Shown here: positions 22,121 through 32,215 of the stretch, piece by piece
Numbering within the stretch: the stretch's first letter is position 1
Layout: the number at the start of each line of letters is the position of its first letter
NCBI GenBank assembly: GCA_900128565.1
Contig: LT635937.1
Span: forward strand, 1-39,264
From: Stramenopiles sp. TOSAG23-6
Taxonomy: Eukaryota
Length of the DNA: 39,264 nt
Direction: 5' to 3'
The notes under the pieces: model-generated
Database searches by the model: none
The model's input: only the letters and a program-made list of their open reading frames with translations
What the model was told of the DNA's origin: nothing
Position numbers and translations under genes: made by a program

Positions 22121-23163
22121 AAGTGCTTTTTGAGCGATATTTTCGCCAATACTTCACAAAGTTTCGTCAAGATGGCATAGATCCTGCTGATGCTGCTGCT
22201 CTTGCTATTCGCGTCAGTAGACAAAGAATCACGAACGAATTTACAGCAAAAAAAGAACATAAACTTGAACCCACTGTAGAAAATATTGAAGTACCTTCGG
22301 AAGTGACAGAAGCGAAATCTGATATAGATAATGAAATATCCCCTCCTGTTACAACTCAGCAAACGGTTGATGAAATCGATGATGATAGGGTAAGAATATG
22401 TAGAATTTGTTTTGGATTTTCTAATGAAGACGGGCTTGGCAAAGTTATCCGGCCTTGTCATTGCAAAGGTTCAATTCAATACATACATATAGAGTGTTTG
22501 AATGCATGGCGCCGTTCATCAAGTAACCCGAGAAGTTATCATGAGTGTGAACAATGCGGCTACAAATATCGTATTCATAGGACTTCTTTAGCTCTTTTCC
22601 TGTTGAAACCTGAAACTCCTATAATATTAACAATTTTAGTAATCGCGTTGGCTGCGTTTTTTATAGGATGCCTTTTTTGCTTGTTATCCCCATGGCATAT
22701 ACCACAACGTTTGTATCATTTATGCTTTTTTAATCCACCATGGAGACATTGGCATTTTGTGACAGAAAATAGCTTCTTCAGTGGTATGGTTTTAGTTTTT
22801 ATTATTTGGTTGAAAAGTACTATTGCTGTGTGTTTAGATATGTTTGCTGTTGGAGCAGCTTCTCTAGGATTTATAGGATTTGTACTAGTCGTTAGAAGAG
22901 AAACTCTTCGTCATTGGGGAACTAATGAGGGGAGGCGGCATTTATTTATGAGTGGCTTGTGGCTTTCATCTTTAAACAGTAGATGGTCCAGATTTGCTTT
23001 AGGTATAGGTTTAGTGTACGCATATTCTTATCTGTTTCAGCAAAGTACTGTGATTTGTAAGGACAAAGCACAAAAGTGGGGCGAGAGATTACTCCAAATT
23101 GACGAGGATCATTTTGAAGATAGTTCGGTACCTCCTACTGATATTAATAATAAAGAAGATTAA
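22114..23163 (+). CDS. MARCH-type RING-CH (RINGv) membrane E3 ubiquitin ligase
   Basis: CRICFG..VIRPCHCKGSIQYIHIECLNAW..CEQCGYKY (C4HC3), followed by several hydrophobic segments. Confidence 0.93.
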   Translation: MHEVLFERYFRQYFTKFRQDGIDPADAAALAIRVSRQRITNEFTAKKEHKLEPTVENIEVPSEVTEAKSDIDNEISPPVTTQQTVDEIDDDRVRICRICFGFSNEDGLGKVIRPCHCKGSIQYIHIECLNAWRRSSSNPRSYHECEQCGYKYRIHRTSLALFLLKPETPIILTILVIALAAFFIGCLFCLLSPWHIPQRLYHLCFFNPPWRHWHFVTENSFFSGMVLVFIIWLKSTIAVCLDMFAVGAASLGFIGFVLVVRRETLRHWGTNEGRRHLFMSGLWLSSLNSRWSRFALGIGLVYAYSYLFQQSTVICKDKAQKWGERLLQIDEDHFEDSSVPPTDINNKED

Positions 23164-23485
23164 CTATTGTTTAATTGCTGATGGTATAGCGTAGTGAAGA
23201 ATAAACACGATATAAATATCAAAACCAACACCAATATCATAGAGTCAATCTATGACACAGTTGATTATTTCACGCAAATGCCTAAAAAGCCAATCGAAAT
23301 ATTTTTTGTGTTTCAAAAAGTGTTTTATTGATCGTAGTATAAGAACTATTTCTTCTGATTGCTAGGAGAAATAGTCGTACAAATAATACATTACTCAGCG
23401 AAATTGTCACTGAAATAAAAAATCCCAACAAGAAATTTCAATAAATAGTATGTAAAACAGTTTGTCCGTACATCAAGCGTTGGAT

Positions 23486-23866
23486 TTAAGAATAGTTCAA
23501 GCGGAAAATGCAATTGTGTACGTAAAATTGTCCTGGCCCCGTGCTAACTAATTGAAACATCTCCGAAAATTTAAGTGGGTTGGCACTATCAATGGTCAAA
23601 TCACCACTTACAAAGATAAGCATAGCATTGTTTGTTGTGCTTGGCTGAACATCAATACTTTTAGCTTGGTGTACCACCTTTGCTTGGCCACTAGCGCCAC
23701 CAAGACTCATGAGTTTTCCAGCAATTGCGGCTGGACCTTCGAACATCTGCCCTTCAAAGGTAAGCTTTGAATTTGCCTGATACATAGCTTGAAGACCAGG
23801 ACGATTGGTGTCAAACGTGGTATAATAGTGTCTAACGAATTGTTGAGCAATCTCTTGGGACGACAT
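23486..23866 (-). CDS. NTF2: Nuclear transport factor 2
   Basis: IAQQFVRHYYTTFDTNR..LTFEG..IFVSGDL..PLKFSEMFQL..FYVHNCIFRLNY; 126 aa, typical NTF2 sequence and size. Confidence 0.95.
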   Translation of the reverse strand: MSSQEIAQQFVRHYYTTFDTNRPGLQAMYQANSKLTFEGQMFEGPAAIAGKLMSLGGASGQAKVVHQAKSIDVQPSTTNNAMLIFVSGDLTIDSANPLKFSEMFQLVSTGPGQFYVHNCIFRLNYS

Positions 23867-24094
23867 GATGGTAATTTAGAATGAATCGGAGTGCGTGTTA
23901 AATAGCGTGGATCGTAAAAATCAGAGAGAGTCTCTCTGCCCCATCAACAAGCGCAAAACAAGCCAGTTTTTGACCCATCGATAGTTACCCGGTACACTCA
24001 CTAATGCCGATTCAAGTCAGTTTGTTTGTATTACCTATATTATGTTCATAAGCCACAGCACTGGGCAATAAATAGACAAAAGTGCATTCAAAGA

Positions 24095-26977
24095 ATGCCC
24101 CCCACTGGAGCAATTGAGTGCAGAACATCAAATGTTCGTAAAAATAAGAAACGCAAACGAACAAAGAAGAAAAAGAAAAGGGCAGCAATAGTTAGTGAAG
24201 CTGTACTTAAGTCAGATGTGAAGGTTGCTGCGGCGCTGAATTTGCTTCCAGCGAGTGTTAAAGACACCCAGGAAGTGATACCCCTCCATACTGAACTCAT
24301 CACGTCTATTACATCTAGTAAAAGTAAAAGACGTAAACGTACAAAAAAAACAAAGCTTGGTATTGGTAGTTCTACTGTAAGTGGAGTGTGTTTCGCTTTT
24401 CAAAAGGGTAATTGCAAGCGAGGGGATACATGTTTGTTTTCTCATGAGAGTGGTGAAGTTGGTTTATGTAAACAACTTATTCAAGGAAAGTGTCGTCGTG
24501 GAAATGATTGTCCATTTAGTCACGACATTTCAATGGAAAATAGCAAAGAAAAGTTGTCTTATTCAAAGACGTGTAGTATAGAGTGTTTGGATGGACTTTT
24601 ATCACTATCAGAATCGGAAAACTCCTGGGTCAAACACAACTTACCAACTGCTGGGTCTATGCCATCCAAAACTGTTAAAGCGATTATTACTGCCGCAATT
24701 TCGAGTGCAGCACCAGCAAAAACAATCAATATTATTTCTTCCTCTAAAAAGAATGCTAATCGTATTACTGAAAATAGTTTAAAGAATAGTATGAAAAATA
24801 GTATAAAAAATAGTACAAAGAGTATTGCCGAAGCACAGTTTAAAACAAGAAAAAAATGTACAAATGATAGTATAGCCCCAATTAAAGATACTATGAAATT
24901 TAAAGTTATCAGAGAAGGATTTCAGCATGGTGCTCGTTCTCGACCTGTCAGGCCTACAGTTGAACTTCCACGAATAGATTGGACTTCTGAGAATCTTTCG
25001 TTTCTTCGAAAAGATTTTTATGAGGAGCATAAAGAAGTGTCCTCTTTCACAGAAGCTGATGTGTTGAATTATCGCACAGCAAAAGGTATTACAGTTCATG
25101 GTAATAATGTACCAAATCCTATAACGAAGTTTTCACATGCTTGTTTTCCAGATGCAATTGTCAATCGACTTAATATGGCAATGTTTAGAGAGCCAACCCC
25201 GATTCAAGCCCAGGCATTACCTGTAGTACTTAGTGGATCTGACATGGTTGGTATTGCACAAACCGGTTCTGGTAAGACATGTGCATTTATTCTTCCTGCA
25301 TTAGTCCATTTAGAAGCTGTGACTGATGCGGATGCAACAAAACGTGGCGATGGCCCCATATGTCTTGTGATAGCTCCTACGAGAGAATTAGCATGTCAGA
25401 CGCATACGGAAGCATTGCGTTTTGGAGGAGAAGATTTGAAAGTTTCGTTAATTTATGGAGGAACATCAAAATATCCACAAATGGATGCATGTGCAGCTGG
25501 TGTAGATATAATTGTTGCCACACCTGGACGTTTACTGGACTTTTTATTGAAGGGTTATACTAACTTACGTCGCTGTTCCTATTTAGTTCTAGATGAGGCT
25601 GATCGTATGCTGGACATGGGATTTGAACCTGATGTTCGTGAAATTGTCAGTCAAATCCGTCCTGACCGTCAAATGCTGATGTTTTCTGCAACATGGCCTG
25701 AAGATGTTCGCGAGCTTGCTCATGATTTACGTTCACAATCAAATTTGAATACACCAAGTGAGTGTATACAGGTAAATATTGGTGCAGCGGACGGAGGGCT
25801 TCATTGTAATCATCGTGTCGGGCAACAATTTCGTTTCCCTGGTGATGACCAACAAAAAGATAAACTTCTAGACAAAGATCTTGATGATCTTTTAGCTGGT
25901 CGTTGGGAAAAATACGTTATTTCCGCAGCTGGTGATGCTCCTTCTGATGGTGCATTTGAAGGTGTTGTTAAGAGTGATGTAGGTATTGGATATTCAAATG
26001 ATACGCGTGTGCTTATTTTTGTATCCCGTAAAGATCGCGCAGCTCAATTAGCAAAACGCCTATCGAATGGTGAAACTCTTTCCGGTAGAAGAATATTAGC
26101 TGGAGCAATTCATGGTGATTTATCTCAGTCTGAAAGAACATCCTCACTGTCTGGTTTACGATCGGGTAAATTGCAAGTACTAGTCGCAACTGATGTTGCT
26201 GCTAGAGGACTAGATGTGGATGGACTTCGATTTGTTATAAATTATGATTTTCCTCATACGTGTGAAGACTATGTACATCGTATTGGACGTACCGCGCGCG
26301 CAGGTAAAGCTGGAGTAGCAATGACATATTTCACTGGAAAAGATGCCCGACAAAGCCGAGAACTTGTTGAGCTTTTGACGGAAGCAGACCAAAAAATTCC
26401 AAAGCAACTTGCATCATTTGCAAAACAACCTGTATCTCAAACAAGTAGAGAAAGGTATATTGATTTCTTACATTCAAAACACGAAAAGCGCACCAGAAAC
26501 TGCGTAGGTAGAGGATTAGGTCGTGGTAGAGGATTTGGACGTGGTAGAGGATTAGGTCGTGGTAGAGGATTAGGTCGTGGTAGAGGATTTGGACGTGGTA
26601 GAGGATTTGGACGTGGTAGAGGATTAGGTCGAGGAATGACCAAAGATTCAGCAAAACCAATACGTGTTTGGACAGAAGAACGCCCTGACTTTCGAAAACG
26701 GGGCCAAGGATTTACAAATGCAAAAGGAAAAAGACTCGGGAAAAAAGAACGTCTTGCACAGAAAGCTCTTATAGCTGCTGGTGGCTCAGCATATCCTGTG
26801 AAAGCTACCTTTTCTGCACCAGTAGTTGGAAGTAATTGGTCTAAGATGCAGAGTGCAATAAGTGCTGGCACAGGGCGTGGGAAAGGTCCTGGAGGTCAAG
26901 GGGCAGGGAATAAGATGGGACCCGTGGCATCTATGGCGATCAAAAAGTTTACAGGAAAAAAAATCACATTTGAATAA
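24095..26977 (+). CDS. DDX5/DBP2-like DEAD-box RNA helicase with two N-terminal CCCH zinc fingers and a GRG-repeat tail
   Basis: KDFYEEH, PTPIQ, AQTGSGKT, PTRELA, TPGRL, DEAD, SAT, TDVAARGLD, YVHRIGRTARAG; CFAFQKGNCKRGDTCLFSH and CKQLIQGKCRRGNDCPFSH. First in-frame ATG at 24095. Confidence 0.92.
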   Translation: MPPTGAIECRTSNVRKNKKRKRTKKKKKRAAIVSEAVLKSDVKVAAALNLLPASVKDTQEVIPLHTELITSITSSKSKRRKRTKKTKLGIGSSTVSGVCFAFQKGNCKRGDTCLFSHESGEVGLCKQLIQGKCRRGNDCPFSHDISMENSKEKLSYSKTCSIECLDGLLSLSESENSWVKHNLPTAGSMPSKTVKAIITAAISSAAPAKTINIISSSKKNANRITENSLKNSMKNSIKNSTKSIAEAQFKTRKKCTNDSIAPIKDTMKFKVIREGFQHGARSRPVRPTVELPRIDWTSENLSFLRKDFYEEHKEVSSFTEADVLNYRTAKGITVHGNNVPNPITKFSHACFPDAIVNRLNMAMFREPTPIQAQALPVVLSGSDMVGIAQTGSGKTCAFILPALVHLEAVTDADATKRGDGPICLVIAPTRELACQTHTEALRFGGEDLKVSLIYGGTSKYPQMDACAAGVDIIVATPGRLLDFLLKGYTNLRRCSYLVLDEADRMLDMGFEPDVREIVSQIRPDRQMLMFSATWPEDVRELAHDLRSQSNLNTPSECIQVNIGAADGGLHCNHRVGQQFRFPGDDQQKDKLLDKDLDDLLAGRWEKYVISAAGDAPSDGAFEGVVKSDVGIGYSNDTRVLIFVSRKDRAAQLAKRLSNGETLSGRRILAGAIHGDLSQSERTSSLSGLRSGKLQVLVATDVAARGLDVDGLRFVINYDFPHTCEDYVHRIGRTARAGKAGVAMTYFTGKDARQSRELVELLTEADQKIPKQLASFAKQPVSQTSRERYIDFLHSKHEKRTRNCVGRGLGRGRGFGRGRGLGRGRGLGRGRGFGRGRGFGRGRGLGRGMTKDSAKPIRVWTEERPDFRKRGQGFTNAKGKRLGKKERLAQKALIAAGGSAYPVKATFSAPVVGSNWSKMQSAISAGTGRGKGPGGQGAGNKMGPVASMAIKKFTGKKITFE
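26507..26632 (+). repeat. Coding 18-bp tandem repeat x7 (GRG[L/F]GR)
   Basis: Two unit variants, GGTAGAGGATTAGGTCG(T/A) and GGTAGAGGATTTGGACGT, in the order L-F-L-L-F-F-L. Confidence 0.97.
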
Positions 26978-27015
26978 TTTTATACTATAAAACCACTATG
27001 TAAAGAACTTTACAG

Positions 27016-28065
27016 TTAACCATTTAAATCAAGTTGAAAGTAATTTGACTCAGTTGTATTTTTGGAGACATTTCTCAATATTATCAAAGCAGCAGCAAGA
27101 TCTTCCACTGCGAGACCGAGACTTTCGAAAATAGTGACTTCATTTGATAAATTAGCGTCAGGTTCATTATTTGATTTTTCAACTTTATTTACTAGTAAAT
27201 GTCCAATTGTTCCCAGAATATGAGAGTTTTCTATAATACCCTCTCTCAATGGGACAACAACATCACCAGGTTCATTAACACAAGAAATTATTGAATCCGT
27301 GTATAATTTACCTCTTTTTATCAAATCGGAGTCAAGTTCTCTCATATTTGGTGTACAAGATCCAACAGCATTGATATGAGCTCCATCTTTGACCCATTCA
27401 GATTTTAGTAAAGGTTCTACAGCAGCAGTGAGTGTACATATAATATCTGCATTTTCCACGGCACTGCACACAGAAGAGCAACATATTACAGAAAGCTGGG
27501 AGTAGCGTTTCAAGACACTTTGAACAAATAATTTCAGACGACTTTCGGTTCTATTCCAAACAGTTAATTTCCGTATGTTAGGTCTAACAATAAGCATAGC
27601 TTCAAGATGAAACATAGCCAAAGCACCACACCCAAGTAAACATAAATGTAGACCACTAGAATCCAGTGGTTTGGACTTATGTAATAGCTTTGTCGCAATT
27701 GCTGAAGCAGCTGCTGTTCGAATCGAAGTTACAGTTGTAGCATCAATCATCAACAGGAGTTTTCCTGACATTGCTTCAAAGAGCATGATAACACCTTGAT
27801 GACTATGTTTCCCTGGGCGATTAGAATTGCTAGGAAATACAGTGATACACTTATTACAGCAATAGGCTTTCTCGTCATCTAACTTTGCAAAACTTGGCAT
27901 GTTTGCTAAAATTGAAAATTCTTCTTGTGGAAGTTTGTAACCAAATCGAAGAGGCTGCTGATAAGTTCCGATCTCAAGACCCTTAAGAGCGTTTTCAACA
28001 CCTTTAATACATTCTTCAAGTGGGAGCAATGATTTCACTTGATCAGCACGTACAATTGTTGTCAT
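27016..28065 (-). CDS. Ornithine cyclodeaminase / mu-crystallin (ketimine reductase) family protein
   Basis: KCITVFPSN..SHQGVIMLF..TSIRTAAASAIAT, Rossmann LLGCGALA, ADIICTLT, GAHINAVGS, FESLGLAVEDLAAA. Confidence 0.93.
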   Translation of the reverse strand: MTTIVRADQVKSLLPLEECIKGVENALKGLEIGTYQQPLRFGYKLPQEEFSILANMPSFAKLDDEKAYCCNKCITVFPSNSNRPGKHSHQGVIMLFEAMSGKLLLMIDATTVTSIRTAAASAIATKLLHKSKPLDSSGLHLCLLGCGALAMFHLEAMLIVRPNIRKLTVWNRTESRLKLFVQSVLKRYSQLSVICCSSVCSAVENADIICTLTAAVEPLLKSEWVKDGAHINAVGSCTPNMRELDSDLIKRGKLYTDSIISCVNEPGDVVVPLREGIIENSHILGTIGHLLVNKVEKSNNEPDANLSNEVTIFESLGLAVEDLAAALIILRNVSKNTTESNYFQLDLNG

Positions 28066-28254
28066 TATACTTGACCCTTCTCAAAGTGGAATGTTCTTTT
28101 CGGTCTTTTTTTCGTCACTCGCTCGGTTCTTTTTTAGAAAATATCTCCGAGTCTGCGTTTGACTTGCGACTTCGACTTCGACATCTTTTGCTTGAAATTA
28201 AAATTTTACAAATAAATTTCAAATTTATAATTTTTAGGAAAAAATATTTCATCT

Positions 28255-29997
28255 CTACAATTCATTATGCGATTGATGTGAATCACACTTTTTCATTTCT
28301 ATATCTAAATCCATTCTAAAATCATTTGGTTTAGCAAAATCTAAATGCTCATTTGATACTCTACATTTTTTCTCTACAAAACGCAAACACGCCTTTGACT
28401 CAATTTCTTTACTAGCTTCAATAATACTACTTTCTAGATGTATTAAATGATCTGGTCGTGTTTCAGGCATATTACCAACAGCAACGATCCAACTATGTAC
28501 AGGCATTAAAGCCAATGCTGGTAACCATTGCCTAGTATAACCAAAAGCAACTTCCAACTCTCCTGGGTGGCTAAAAAAAATATTTCCCCATAATTTTAAT
28601 AGTAACCATCGAGCAATTAAAAGACCATTTACATGAGTTGTCCACCAAAAATGATTCAGAAAAGTTTTCATAGATTTTTCATATTCAAAAGGATCACAAA
28701 CATTTTGCGAAACACTTATAGAATTGTAAAGAATATAACTTTGAAGATTGTTAAACTTATTCTCATCATTGACATTGAAGTTTCTTTTGTCTACAATAAA
28801 TTCAGAGATTGGGTTGCATCCTATTTTTCTTTCTTTTGGTAGAGAACTAAGCTTTTCAAGTTTCCTAAATGCATCCATATGATTTCCCAACCGGAGTTGA
28901 AAGACACCATTTGGCTGTATCACATGCAATACTGCAGCAGCTTCTTGCAAATCATGTGGTCGAATAGCTACGCTTTCACTGACAATGGGAACAAAATGAG
29001 TAGCTTCTGATGAAGATAGAATAAATAATGTTCCTTTTCTAAACCCTCCAACGTCACTTTCATCAACTAATGTTAGACTAAAAGTATCCAAACCGTCTCT
29101 CGATTTTTTGTTTTCTGATTCTATGAGCAAGTATCCTGATTGTGTACATTTTGATGTGGCAGAGTATAATAAGTACACATTAGAAATTCCAGATACATTT
29201 CGCTTCAAAGATTGTATTAGAGAATCAGCCTCTGATGGTCGATCTTTACTAAATATCAATATGTCAATCAAAAAATTTTGAGAGAAATCATGCCAAATGT
29301 TTGACCAGTCCTTTTTATTCTCTAATTTTGCTTTTGATAACTGTCGAAAACGAAGTCTTGAATCCTTCTCTACAACGACATCTACTGTTTTATCTTCTAT
29401 GTCAGTTTTCAAGGTAACTTGACTTAGACGATTAAGAATGTCTGCGTATCCTGAAGCTTTAATCGGATGCGAGGCTAAATCTCCTGCCTTATCAGAAATA
29501 TGAACATCTACGGAGTCAATTGCAAGTGGAAGGCCAGATAAGCGACCTTGGACAAAAGCTCGGAAAACTGCGAAATCTGGTGTTAAATGTGGAGACATTA
29601 TTATACTTCCAGACACTCTTTCTTCTCCAAGTATATTTGAAATGCCATCTGATTTTAATTCACTATCAGAAATACAGTGCACTTCTGGCGTATTTGTGTG
29701 GTGCGTCACAAACGAAATACAAAGTCTGTGGGAAGGTCGTTTGAATTGCTTAGCTTGTAATGTCACAATTAGATCACTATCAGGCGAAAGAATGATGAAA
29801 TCGGTGTTTTCAAAGTCAATACGTTTAGCTCTTTCATTCGATTTATTTAAAGAGCTTATTCTGATTGATACACTGACTCGGTTAATGCCATCTGTGTAAT
29901 CGTTGAAAGTTAAACCCCACGCAACTTGGTGCTCACACAAACCAAGTGTCAGGAATATTAATACAATCAGCCTAGGCATATGTTCTAAATTCCACAT
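28255..29997 (-). CDS. Secretory-pathway protein with a C-terminal GT-A (GT2-like) glycosyltransferase-like domain
   Basis: N-terminal hydrophobic leader (RLIVLIFLTLGLC). IDILIFSKDRP..LIQSLKRNV..VYLLYSATS..GY, FQLRLG and HPGELE resemble the FSKDRPxQ family of uncharacterised glycosyltransferases. Confidence 0.6.
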   Translation of the reverse strand: MWNLEHMPRLIVLIFLTLGLCEHQVAWGLTFNDYTDGINRVSVSIRISSLNKSNERAKRIDFENTDFIILSPDSDLIVTLQAKQFKRPSHRLCISFVTHHTNTPEVHCISDSELKSDGISNILGEERVSGSIIMSPHLTPDFAVFRAFVQGRLSGLPLAIDSVDVHISDKAGDLASHPIKASGYADILNRLSQVTLKTDIEDKTVDVVVEKDSRLRFRQLSKAKLENKKDWSNIWHDFSQNFLIDILIFSKDRPSEADSLIQSLKRNVSGISNVYLLYSATSKCTQSGYLLIESENKKSRDGLDTFSLTLVDESDVGGFRKGTLFILSSSEATHFVPIVSESVAIRPHDLQEAAAVLHVIQPNGVFQLRLGNHMDAFRKLEKLSSLPKERKIGCNPISEFIVDKRNFNVNDENKFNNLQSYILYNSISVSQNVCDPFEYEKSMKTFLNHFWWTTHVNGLLIARWLLLKLWGNIFFSHPGELEVAFGYTRQWLPALALMPVHSWIVAVGNMPETRPDHLIHLESSIIEASKEIESKACLRFVEKKCRVSNEHLDFAKPNDFRMDLDIEMKKCDSHQSHNEL

Positions 29998-30265
29998 TGC
30001 TCAAAAATTTATTCCAAAAGAAACGTAAAGCAGTTAGGATTCAAATGCATTGAAATAAATTGCAATTCATCCAAGAAAAATCGAGGCTTCCAAGTTCGAC
30101 TTCGGCTTCACTTCACTTTGACTCTTTCGATTTTTGAGAAAAGAAAATCTCCGATGATCAGATCTCAGATCTTCGCGATCTATCTTCAACGGCTACTATA
30201 CGAAACAAAAACAGGTACACATACTATAAAATAGCATCAGTACCTAAAGAGCAGTCCGAAGTGGA

Positions 30266-31804
30266 ATGGATACAAAAGAAGACTGCCCTAGCAGCAGCAT
30301 TGAAGATTTGTACTTAGATGAAGAATCTATTCAAGAAGCATTCCGTGGTTTTTCTCCAATACTGAAATTTGGTGAGTTCAAACCCACCGTAGATTTGACA
30401 CAACAGCTCACATCCAGTTGTGTTTCGGATAAAAGTTCAGATACTGGATGCATAAGAGACAACACGTCATTTAATTGTGATCAAAGTGATCATGGAATTG
30501 TCAAAGTAGTAGATGTGTATGATGCTGGAAACCAGCATGAAGGTTTCGACGTGAAACAAGCCTCTGCTAGTGTTCTGGATATTGACTTAGATACAAAGCA
30601 AGAATCTGTTGTTGTTGTTCCAGAGATTATCTCAGATACTTTGCAAGATGCTTCGCCAGTTAAACAGGCAAAATCCGAGAAATCAATTGTAGAATTTTTA
30701 GAATCCAACTTCAAAGAGCATGAAATTCAGAAACAAGAAAGATACACGCCAACGGAACTTATTTTGACTTCAGCTGGTACAGGTAGTACTAAGACATCAG
30801 CTGGTACAGGTAGTACTAAGACCAAAATGAGGCAAAAGAAGTTACCCACAACAGGGACATTAGCACCACGTAAGACAACGCCGATAATTTCACGGGAAAA
30901 AAAGATGGAAAAATCGTCTCCAAAGAATGTAAGAAATAATGGAAAGAAAAAAATGAAAAAAAATAAGAAGAAGTCTCAGAAGAATCTGAAAACTACTCTA
31001 AAACATGGGACAGAACAAACCATACAGCCCCCTAAGAATAAAAAGAAACTTCAAAAGATTATGAAAACTATCCCAGAAAAAATTATACAACCATATATGG
31101 ATCACATCGTAAAACAACGTAGAATAGTCACTTTGGCTGAAAGAGGTGGATGGAATAACTCACCTCCATCCCCTCCACCGAAAAAGATGAATCAAAAACA
31201 TCAGTACAGGAATTCAAAACAAATGCAGCGTGATCAAAAAAATGAACAACGGAACAGAGTTCGTAATATTTCTAAGCGAATACAACAAAATCGACAAAAG
31301 CAACAAGAATTATCCAAACAACGCACAGTTCATTACAATAATAATAACAGACAACAGCAAAGCATAGTTCACCGTAATGTAGATAATAATAACAGACAAC
31401 AACAAAACAGAGTTCGCCATACTACTCCAAATAACAATAACAGACGACAACAACAACATAGCAGAGTTCGCCGTACTTCAAATGATAGTAATAAACAACA
31501 ACCAAGCAGAGTTCGCCATAATACGTCAAATAATAATAGCAGACAACAACAAAACAGAGCTCACAATACTTCAAAGAAGAATAATAAACAACGACCACGC
31601 AGACCTCGCAATACTACTTCTCATAATAATATTGAAACGATTCATAACAGAGTACGAAAAATAAAGCAGATAAAACCACAACTTCAAAATGATACAAATC
31701 ACATAAATAGTAGAAGTATTTTAGAAGCAGCCCGAAGAAAAATTTTGCTTAAAAAACAAAATGACCATCGTCGTGCTCAAAGGAAAAAAAACTTCGCCGA
31801 GTGA
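30266..31804 (+). CDS. Hypothetical low-complexity protein (acidic N-terminus, K-rich middle, N/Q/R-rich repeats)
   Basis: 512-aa ATG-initiated ORF with about seven RV[R/H]x3-4NNNNRQQQ-type repeats, a 27-bp duplication (TSAGTGSTK x2, 30767-30820) and a GGWNNSPP motif. No globular domain recognised. Confidence 0.75.
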   Translation: MDTKEDCPSSSIEDLYLDEESIQEAFRGFSPILKFGEFKPTVDLTQQLTSSCVSDKSSDTGCIRDNTSFNCDQSDHGIVKVVDVYDAGNQHEGFDVKQASASVLDIDLDTKQESVVVVPEIISDTLQDASPVKQAKSEKSIVEFLESNFKEHEIQKQERYTPTELILTSAGTGSTKTSAGTGSTKTKMRQKKLPTTGTLAPRKTTPIISREKKMEKSSPKNVRNNGKKKMKKNKKKSQKNLKTTLKHGTEQTIQPPKNKKKLQKIMKTIPEKIIQPYMDHIVKQRRIVTLAERGGWNNSPPSPPPKKMNQKHQYRNSKQMQRDQKNEQRNRVRNISKRIQQNRQKQQELSKQRTVHYNNNNRQQQSIVHRNVDNNNRQQQNRVRHTTPNNNNRRQQQHSRVRRTSNDSNKQQPSRVRHNTSNNNSRQQQNRAHNTSKKNNKQRPRRPRNTTSHNNIETIHNRVRKIKQIKPQLQNDTNHINSRSILEAARRKILLKKQNDHRRAQRKKNFAE

Positions 31805-32150
31805 ATAGTCAAGAGTAGAGTGGAGATAAAAATGAAGAATAAAAAAAAATGTGTAATAATCAAGTCTATTTTATATATATTTATTAATTTAATGTACTAT
31901 GACTATAAACGACATTGTAAAGATAAACTGCACTATGATTCGAACATAGAAAATACCCAATTTTATACAGCAAAAAGGTTTAGCTCAAAAGAGCAACGAA
32001 CAGTGCCGTTAAAGAAAAAGTAATGAACAAGTCGAAACTTGCATCTATATATAGTAGTGTAAGTACGTACATACGTACGTAGTGAATAGGGGTGTTACAC
32101 AGAAATTTTTCAAAGGGAAACTAAAAGATCAGAATTAATATTGGGGGAAA

Positions 32151-32215
32151 CTGAAATAAGGAAATAAAAAGAGAAAAATATAGGAAATAATAAATGCAAA
32201 ATTAAAGAGTCTTAC
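32151..32215 (-). other. Probable 3'-UTR intron of CDC20
   Basis: Minus strand: stop TAG, AGCTAG|GTAAGA, a long pyrimidine tract, then TTTCAG| at 32151. An alternative acceptor CTGATCTTTTAG| lies at 32121. Confidence 0.6.

Noticed and set aside
26507-26632. Short regular repeats (also 2274-2400 and 21893-21935) as a CRISPR array
   Set aside because: Head-to-tail units with no unique spacers, two of them in-frame coding, no cas genes, eukaryotic context.
32061-32082. GTAAGTACGTACATACGTACGTAG as a functional element
   Set aside because: A short TACG-type microsatellite in convergent 3' intergenic DNA, with no supporting structure.
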